Below are positions 57,638 to 64,000 of a stretch of DNA of 64,000 nt, in pieces (position 1 is the first letter of the stretch; every line of letters starts with the position of its first letter). This DNA comes from an uncultured Alphaproteobacteria bacterium (GTDB taxonomy: Bacteria; Pseudomonadota; Alphaproteobacteria; Rhodobacterales; Rhodobacteraceae). The notes beneath the pieces are model-generated. The model had not been told where the DNA came from. It did not search any database and saw only the letters and a list, made by a program, of their open reading frames with translations. The DNA is taken from contig CACBBC010000005.1 of the NCBI GenBank assembly GCA_902537415.1, positions 14,842 through 78,841 of the forward strand, given 5' to 3'. The translations under genes were made by a program, and so were the position numbers.

Positions 57638-59173
57638 TTGGAAACGATACTCTTATGGATGGCTGGTGCACTTTTTGCTGGGTATTTGTGTAGGTTAATA
57701 TATATCCCTACGATAGTGGGATTTATTTTATCCGGTTACTTATTCTCACTTTATGATGGAAGCGGACAATCATTATTAGACTTACCATCTGAAATTGGCG
57801 TAGAGCTTCTTCTATTTTCAATAGGTCTGAAAATCAAACCATCATCACTTCTAAATACCTCATTATTTTTAGTATTTTTGATGCACTCTTCTGCTGTTTT
57901 TTTAATTTTTCTTCTACTTCTCAATCTTGGTTTAAGCCTGGAAATCAAATTGCTCATCTGTGTAGCCTTTACCTTCTCCAGTACAATTATAGCTTCAAAG
58001 GCTCTTGAAAATCGAAATGAACTAACAACCTTTCATGGCAGACTGGCTATATCATTGTTAATTTTTCAAGATATCTTAGCGCTGATAGTACTGTTACTTA
58101 CAAATGACACATCATGGACGCCTTCAACTCTCTACCTTCTTGCTTTACCCTTATTAATCCCAATACTAAAAATATTATTAGAGAAATTTAATCCTAGTGA
58201 GGAATTAGAGCTTATTGCTACAATCTTACTTGCTCTGCTATTAGGCTCTGCTCTTTTTAAATATGCTGGATTGTCAGGAGAAATAGGTGCCCTCACTTTA
58301 GGTATGTTAATGGCTAGCTATAAGTCTGCAAAACAGCTCGGGGAAAGAATATGGACGATAAGAGAGATCTTATTAGTAGCATTTTTCTTCTCGTTGGGGA
58401 TGAGCTTAGATCTAAATTTACAAATTATTCAAAGTGCATTCTTGCTAACAATCCTCATTTTTATTAAATCGATTATTTTATTTGGCCTTCTGTTGGTATT
58501 TAAGCTAAGAGCATATACAGCTTTTTTAATAGTTATTTCGTTAGCTACTTACTCAGAATTCTCATTGATACTTATATCGTCTTGGGAACAAAGTGGGCTT
58601 TTAAATTCAGAGACATTCTCCGTTCTAATCTGCACTATATGCTTTAGCTTTGCCCTAGGCGCTATCTTGAATAACTCAGTGCACGAGATTTTTGTGGCTG
58701 TTGAGAAGTATTTGGTTAACTTTGAAAGACCTCAACACCATCCAGATGAGCAACCTCATACATGTGGTGAAGCCGATGTTATGGTGTTGGGTATGGGAAG
58801 AGTAGGTAGTGCGATTTTTGATAATTTGTCAGCTAAAAATGTAAAAGTCGTGGGTTTTGATGCTGATACTAATCTTGTTAAGGAACAGTTAAAATTTGGG
58901 AAAAGGGTTACATTTGCTGATGCAGAGGATCCAGGGTTTTGGTCAAAGCTAAGGTTTGGCAAATTAAAAGCCATTATCCTAGCTTTACCAGAATTTCACG
59001 CTCAAAATTGGTCTACACAGCAAGCAAGGCGCTACGGTTTCAAAGGAAAAATAATTGTGCCAACACGATCCCAAGGTAATCCCGAGACGCTAAAAATTTC
59101 CGGAGCTGATGAAATATATGATGCTTATCAAGCAACAGGTATTGGTGTAACTGAAATTTTTCTAAAGGACTAA
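57638..59173 (+). CDS. CPA2-type cation:proton antiporter with C-terminal TrkA-N (RCK) domain
   Basis: 511 aa with an N-terminal ~370-aa polytopic exchanger domain, then the Rossmann motif VMVLGMGRVGSAIFDNL. The ORF opens with a TTG start. Confidence 0.75.
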   Translation: METILLWMAGALFAGYLCRLIYIPTIVGFILSGYLFSLYDGSGQSLLDLPSEIGVELLLFSIGLKIKPSSLLNTSLFLVFLMHSSAVFLIFLLLLNLGLSLEIKLLICVAFTFSSTIIASKALENRNELTTFHGRLAISLLIFQDILALIVLLLTNDTSWTPSTLYLLALPLLIPILKILLEKFNPSEELELIATILLALLLGSALFKYAGLSGEIGALTLGMLMASYKSAKQLGERIWTIREILLVAFFFSLGMSLDLNLQIIQSAFLLTILIFIKSIILFGLLLVFKLRAYTAFLIVISLATYSEFSLILISSWEQSGLLNSETFSVLICTICFSFALGAILNNSVHEIFVAVEKYLVNFERPQHHPDEQPHTCGEADVMVLGMGRVGSAIFDNLSAKNVKVVGFDADTNLVKEQLKFGKRVTFADAEDPGFWSKLRFGKLKAIILALPEFHAQNWSTQQARRYGFKGKIIVPTRSQGNPETLKISGADEIYDAYQATGIGVTEIFLKD

Positions 59174-59226
59174 ACTGATTTTAAGAAACTGAGGAATACC
59201 GAAATATAATTTTAAGAGGTGAATTG

Positions 59227-60216
59227 ATGGAGAAAAAGTTATTAACTATTTTTGGGGCTAGCGGTTTAGTTGGTTCAAGCATTTTAAGAGAGGCACTAGA
59301 TAGAGGGTATCGTGTCAATGGCACACTTAGAGATATCGAGAAGCAAGAGAGAATTACCAGATTAAAAAGCCTTCCTTTGGGAAATAATGCCAAATTTTTC
59401 CCGGCAGATATGGCGAAAATTTCTTCATTAAATAATCCTCTCATCAATTCCGATGCAGCTATTATCTGTTGTCTTATACCTACATATAAAGGCTTTGACG
59501 GAACACCTGCAAAAGAGCTTGATGATGAAAGAGGCTATAATGAAATCATTAAGCCCACAGTGGATGGGTGCCTCAATATTCTTAAGTCAGCAAAAATAAA
59601 TAACGTTAAGAATATCTTAATTTGTTCTTCTACTTCTAGTACAAACCCCATTCCCCAAGTTCTAATAAAAAACGAGCTGGATCATTGGTCTGATGAAAAA
59701 GAGCAATGCAATTCAAAAAAGTATACGTCAGCTGCTAAAACATATATGGAGAGAGCAGCGCTCAAATTTTGTAATGAAAATAATTTGCGCCTGTCCATCT
59801 TTCTGCCCACTGGATTGTACGGGCCGGCCATATTACCAGAGCATTTAAAACATAATCCATTTTTATGGATTAAAAGTGTTCTAGAAGGGGGACCTCCAAG
59901 ACACCAAAAAGTGCCAAATGACTCAGCTTCGTTAATACACCTCCAAGACTTAGCAAAGCTATTTATGGCAGCATACGAAAACCCTTCAGCTTCTGGTCGA
60001 TACTTTGGGGTCTTGGAAAGTTTCCATTGGAATGACATTTATAAGGAGTGTCAGAAGTTAATACCAGACATGCAAATGCCTGAACCGATGTCAGGAGATC
60101 CCGTACCACCAACACAATTTGATTTTAAACGAAGAGATAGTCTTGGAATTAAGATAAGGGATTTCCCCACGATCATGCGTGAAACTGTTGAATGGATAAA
60201 AAGTAAGCCATTTTAA
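59227..60216 (+). CDS. NAD(P)-dependent epimerase/dehydratase-family reductase (extended SDR, cinnamoyl-CoA/aldehyde-reductase-like)
   Basis: Rossmann motif LTIFGASGLVGSS. The ATG at 59227 is preceded by AGAGGTG. Confidence 0.7.
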   Translation: MEKKLLTIFGASGLVGSSILREALDRGYRVNGTLRDIEKQERITRLKSLPLGNNAKFFPADMAKISSLNNPLINSDAAIICCLIPTYKGFDGTPAKELDDERGYNEIIKPTVDGCLNILKSAKINNVKNILICSSTSSTNPIPQVLIKNELDHWSDEKEQCNSKKYTSAAKTYMERAALKFCNENNLRLSIFLPTGLYGPAILPEHLKHNPFLWIKSVLEGGPPRHQKVPNDSASLIHLQDLAKLFMAAYENPSASGRYFGVLESFHWNDIYKECQKLIPDMQMPEPMSGDPVPPTQFDFKRRDSLGIKIRDFPTIMRETVEWIKSKPF

Positions 60217-60513
60217 AGCAATAATCGATACACTATTATTCAACGCTTTTTCTTAAATTTAGGTCAGTCACTAGCAAATAGATACTACAACTGTTGTCGA
60301 GATTGCTATTTACCAATTCAAAGGATTTAAAATTGAAACTAAAATCCAAAGAAATACAAAATTGGCTTTTTCTTGGTGGTGAAAATTGTATTCAAGCACT
60401 CAATTAGCTATGTTATTGATAATATCGTAATCATTGCAGGCAGCATAATTTTTAAATAAAATTTTAAAACAACCTAAAAATAAGTTTAATAAAAAGAAAG
60501 CTTTCTCTGTAAG

Positions 60514-62127
60514 GTGCTAATGCGAAAAAATAGTTCAATAGGATTAAAAAAAAAATTCGAAACTCATTATGATGATCGAGACCTTTTATGTTTTGGTAAT
60601 AGACCAAATGACTTTCTTGAAATTTATAAAAACGTCGTTGACAAATATCCAAAACGAACGGCTCTAGTTTTCAAAGATAAAACTGTAAGTTATAAAAAAC
60701 TCGATGAGTTGTCCGATAGCTTTGCTGTAGGGTTGTTGAAATCTGGACTAAAAGAGAAAAATATCCTTGTTATCAATCTCGCAAATAGCATTGAGTTTGT
60801 AGTCGCTCTATTTGCTTCATTCAAAATCGGGTTACTTGCTATGCCTGTTGGTCATAGACATAAAAAAGAGGAGCTTATTTCTCTTTATGATGATGCAGGG
60901 GTACACGCGGTTTTATTTGATAAAGAAACCGAGAAGGAACAGCCTTTTAGCGAAGATGGTAACTCTATTCTTTTTATAACTACGCAAGCTGAGACCCAAA
61001 CTGGATGTCTTAAATTTAATGAATTACTTGAAAAAGGCGGTGAGAAGAACATCACTTTAAAACATATCGATGAGGAGGACCCAGCCATATTATTATATAC
61101 CTCTGGTACTACCGGTCGCCCAAAAGGAGCTATATTAACCCATCTTGGGCTAGTCCATTCTTTTCTTCATTTCCAAATGGAGCTCGGACTTAAAGATGGT
61201 GAATGCACTATTCTTGCTGTACCTGCAAGCCATGTTACTGGATTAGTAGCTCAAATTCTGACCTTAATTGGATGTGCGGGGAAAATTGTAATAATGGAGC
61301 ATTTTGAAGTGCAAGAGTTTGCAAGTCTTGCAAAGAAACATGGATTAACATATTCAATACTTGTTCCAGCAATGTACGCGTTACTACTTCATCGCAATGC
61401 GTTAATTGCTGAAGATCTACAATCGTGGAGAATAGGTGCTTTTGGGGGAGCTCCAATGCCTGATGCCGTTAGAAAGAAATTGGCTTCAAAGTTGCCATTC
61501 CTTAGTTTAAATAATGCATACGGTGCAACTGAAACCACTTCCCCTACCACTATCATTCCAATTAATTGCGATGACCCAGGTGATAGCGTAGGTCTTGTAG
61601 TACCTTGCGGGAAGATTAAGATTGTTAACGAAAATAATGAAGAGACAAATCAAGGTGAGCCTGGAGAGCTATGGATTAAAGGTCCTATGGTTGTACCAGG
61701 ATATTGGAAAAACAAAAAGGCTACTCAGGACTCCTTCGAAAATGGTTACTGGAAGTCTGGTGATATCGCCAGCCAGGATGAAAATGGTTTTATACGAATT
61801 CATGATAGAAAAAAAGATATGATAAATCGTGGAGGATATAAAATTTTTAGTGCCGAAATAGAAAACCTAATGATGTTAATGGATGAAGTCCAAGAGGCCG
61901 CTCTGGTGCCCTACCCTTGCCCCATACTTGGCGAAAGATCACATGCTTTTGTGTTTCCCTCATCAGCCTCGCTCGAGCCTAATGAAATTCGGCTCCAACT
62001 GTCGGAAAAAGTTGCCGACTACAAGGTTCCCGATAAGATTACAATCACCACAGAACCACTTCCACGGAATGTAAATGGTAAAATTACTAAGGCTCCTCTT
62101 AGAGAGAGGGCACACAAAGAATTATGA
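60514..62127 (+). CDS. AMP-dependent acyl-CoA synthetase/ligase
   Basis: AMP-binding motif LLYTSGTTGRPKGA, followed by GYWKSGD and the hinge DRKKDMI. The start may be GTG 60514 or ATG 60520. Confidence 0.85.
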   Translation: MLMRKNSSIGLKKKFETHYDDRDLLCFGNRPNDFLEIYKNVVDKYPKRTALVFKDKTVSYKKLDELSDSFAVGLLKSGLKEKNILVINLANSIEFVVALFASFKIGLLAMPVGHRHKKEELISLYDDAGVHAVLFDKETEKEQPFSEDGNSILFITTQAETQTGCLKFNELLEKGGEKNITLKHIDEEDPAILLYTSGTTGRPKGAILTHLGLVHSFLHFQMELGLKDGECTILAVPASHVTGLVAQILTLIGCAGKIVIMEHFEVQEFASLAKKHGLTYSILVPAMYALLLHRNALIAEDLQSWRIGAFGGAPMPDAVRKKLASKLPFLSLNNAYGATETTSPTTIIPINCDDPGDSVGLVVPCGKIKIVNENNEETNQGEPGELWIKGPMVVPGYWKNKKATQDSFENGYWKSGDIASQDENGFIRIHDRKKDMINRGGYKIFSAEIENLMMLMDEVQEAALVPYPCPILGERSHAFVFPSSASLEPNEIRLQLSEKVADYKVPDKITITTEPLPRNVNGKITKAPLRERAHKEL

Positions 62128-62221
62128 TTTTCCGATATTAATTTTTAAGTTTTTAAAACTAAGATCATGTATTGATTTGAAAATTTTTATTAAAACTTAT
62201 TTTGATTGTTAAGGAGATGTT

Positions 62222-62467
62222 TTGAACGATAACTACGAAAATCTATTATATAATGTAAATGAGCCCATCGTCTGCGAAGCCTGTCTCAAAGAATATAAAA
62301 ATTTAGATAACCCAGACATAGCTCTGAGAGATTATATAAAGGTAGATGTCGGGTTTACTCAAATTGGCATTCAAGTTTGGTGCCAACGTCATGAGAAAAA
62401 TATCTGTCATATTGATTTTGAAGGAAATAGACCTCCAGCTGACTTCAGATGCTTAGAAAAGAGCTAA
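62222..62467 (+). CDS. small Cys/His-rich (zinc-ribbon-like) protein, paralogue 1
   Basis: 81 aa with a TTG start. It has a CxxC pair (CEAC) plus downstream C/H residues (CQRHEKNICH). Confidence 0.45.
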   Translation: MNDNYENLLYNVNEPIVCEACLKEYKNLDNPDIALRDYIKVDVGFTQIGIQVWCQRHEKNICHIDFEGNRPPADFRCLEKS

Positions 62468-62469
62468 AA

Positions 62470-62736
62470 ATGCAAAACTTTATTTATAACCAACCTGAAG
62501 CAATGTGTGATTTTTGTAAGGCAACAGAAAATCCTCATCCTGATTATGATGAAACAATTCCAATAACCAGAATAGATATTGGAAAAAAAAGAAAATTAAC
62601 CCTATGTATAAATTGCTTTTTTATGCATAAAGAATGTTCTGAAAAAAAAGGTCACCCCCTCATTGCTTATTTATCAAAATTGAATAACTTATCTCTTATT
62701 TTGAATAAATCTAACAAAAAAAACCCTCAAACCTGA
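62470..62736 (+). CDS. small zinc-ribbon-like protein, paralogue 2
   Basis: The ATG lies 2 nt after the preceding stop. It has CxxC (CDFC) and CxxC (CINC) pairs, and its N-terminus is collinear with paralogue 1 (N.PxxxCxxC). Confidence 0.45.
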   Translation: MQNFIYNQPEAMCDFCKATENPHPDYDETIPITRIDIGKKRKLTLCINCFFMHKECSEKKGHPLIAYLSKLNNLSLILNKSNKKNPQT

Positions 62737-62749
62737 TTGTGATCTATAT

Positions 62750-63697
62750 ATGAACGAAAAAAAAATTGTAGTAATTGGCGCTGGAGTCTCCGGATTATTA
62801 TGTGGCAAAAGATTAGCCGAAGCTGGTCATTCAGTTCTTATACTTGATAAAGGCAGGAATATAGGTGGAAGGCTGAGTACACGACGAACTGATGGAGCTG
62901 TATTTCATCATGGTGCAAGTTCCTTACCTGATTTTTACAGTCATAAAGAATTGCCAAAATTTGGGTTAGAAATATTCAAAAGAGCAGAGAAAGAAAAAAT
63001 AATTCAGCGTAAAGGAAATCTATTTGAGCCCATAAATTCAGTTGCCGACCTTGTTAATTATTGCGGGACAAATTTAAATACACGGAAGAGCTGTGAGGCT
63101 ATCTCCTTAAATTTACACAATAAGACAATTGTTATGGAATGTAGGGATGGAGTTCATGAAAAAACGCCTTATGATCTCTTGGTCCTTTCAATACCTCCAA
63201 ATCAAGCTAAATCTCTAATTAATAAACAAATTAATAAGTTTGACAGTCTAATAGAGAAAGTCCAAATGAGGAGCTCTGCAGCAGCTCTCTTTTCCTTTGA
63301 CATAAATCCAGAACCTGTAAAAGAAAAACACTTCTCGAACGAAAAAGTTCTTATTCAGGTAGAAAATAATCGATTCAAATGTGAGCAGCAGTTATTCTGC
63401 TTAACTGTTCACACAAAAGAACCTTTTGCCAAGAAAGTCGTTAAAAATGACAAAGACACAATTAAAGAGCTATTGCTTAAAGAGGTAGTAGATGCCGTCC
63501 CCTTTTCCTTACCTAAACCAACTTACGAAGCTGGCCACCGTTGGCTTTATGGATTCACCGAACGATCTTTGGGGAAATCTTGGCTATTTTATAACGAAGA
63601 AAATGTCGGCATTTGCGGCGATTGGTGTTTAGGTGGAACAATTCTAGATGCCGCCTCGAGTGGAATAAAGTTAGCGGAACATATATTAGCTCGTTAA
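62750..63697 (+). CDS. NAD(P)/FAD-dependent oxidoreductase (renalase/COG3380-like)
   Basis: 315 aa with the dinucleotide-binding N-terminus KIVVIGAGVSGLLCGKRLAEAGHSVLILDKGRNIGGRL. Confidence 0.7.
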   Translation: MNEKKIVVIGAGVSGLLCGKRLAEAGHSVLILDKGRNIGGRLSTRRTDGAVFHHGASSLPDFYSHKELPKFGLEIFKRAEKEKIIQRKGNLFEPINSVADLVNYCGTNLNTRKSCEAISLNLHNKTIVMECRDGVHEKTPYDLLVLSIPPNQAKSLINKQINKFDSLIEKVQMRSSAAALFSFDINPEPVKEKHFSNEKVLIQVENNRFKCEQQLFCLTVHTKEPFAKKVVKNDKDTIKELLLKEVVDAVPFSLPKPTYEAGHRWLYGFTERSLGKSWLFYNEENVGICGDWCLGGTILDAASSGIKLAEHILAR

Positions 63698-63726
63698 AAT
63701 TTTTTTAGACTTGTTTATTTAAGCCT

Positions 63727-63972
63727 TTAAAAAAGACTTTCAGCAAACTCTATTAGCGACTCTTTTGCTCCTTCATTATTGAGCCGAAAGCTATCAACTT
63801 CAGCTGCCCAATCTTTATCATTAAACTCTTCCTTTCCGCGTTTATACCAATCCTCTTCTGTTATATCGTGTTCCTCATCACTACAGAGCTTTGCAGTTAA
63901 AAGCCATGATTTAGAGTCTATATCTTCTAATTTTTCTACTAACTCGAGACAATTATCTTTATTTCTAGCCAA
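63727..63972 (-). CDS. hypothetical acidic small protein (81 aa)
   Basis: Open frame only, rich in D/E, with no motif I recognise. Confidence 0.35.
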   Translation of the reverse strand: MARNKDNCLELVEKLEDIDSKSWLLTAKLCSDEEHDITEEDWYKRGKEEFNDKDWAAEVDSFRLNNEGAKESLIEFAESLF

Positions 63973-64000
63973 AAACTCTCCAAATATTACCGGAGCTGTT

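Overview
This window looks like chromosomal DNA from an AT-rich, tightly packed bacterial genome. GC is roughly in the high 30s percent by eye, not computed. Many genes overlap by 1-20 nt or are coupled stop-to-start. The gene content points to a streamlined, probably marine, alphaproteobacterium: class I LysRS, an NDUFS4-like protein, DUF1330, GFA, DUF924 and paired gltX-type genes. That taxonomic call is inference only.

Gene order along the window:
- 1-5.6 kb: valine catabolism (mmsA, acyl-CoA dehydrogenase, 3-hydroxyisobutyryl-CoA hydrolase, mmsB), then an NMO-family oxidoreductase and a crotonase.
- 5.8-11.3 kb: a TPP riboswitch driving a seven-gene thiamine-precursor salvage operon (thiM-thiE-thiD-thiY-like-tenA plus ABC ATPase and permease).
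- 11.4-26.5 kb: hsp20, pgi, an EamA transporter, tRNA-Arg(UCU), NDUFS4-like protein, uvrB, class I lysK, dacB, nadD, ettA, gltX, nadE.
- 26.6-33.6 kb: a MORN-repeat protein with about 19 repeats, directly upstream of mreBCD-mrdA-rodA.
- 34.5-42.0 kb: a 10-gene Mrp-like cation/proton antiporter operon in E-F-G-(DUF4040)-B-C-D-D-x-D order.
- 42.1-43.1 kb: kdsA and tRNA-Gln(UUG).
- 43.1-52.3 kb: three cargo modules stacked on tRNA-Gln. Each is closed by a conserved ~105-nt motif-dense element plus a copy of the tRNA 3' half. No recombinase gene is present.
- 52.4-54.1 kb: a polyamine operon in which speE is flanked by two divergent AdoMetDC-fold genes, behind a long, apparently structured leader.
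- 54.5-64.0 kb: transporters and small enzymes (two EamA, DUF1330, GFA, a CPA2 antiporter), then an SDR, an acyl-CoA ligase, two paralogous small zinc-ribbon ORFs and a renalase-like flavoprotein.

I found no CRISPR array, IS element, transposase, integrase or recognisable defence system. The most unusual structure is the integrase-less tRNA-Gln island array and its repeated arm-like element.
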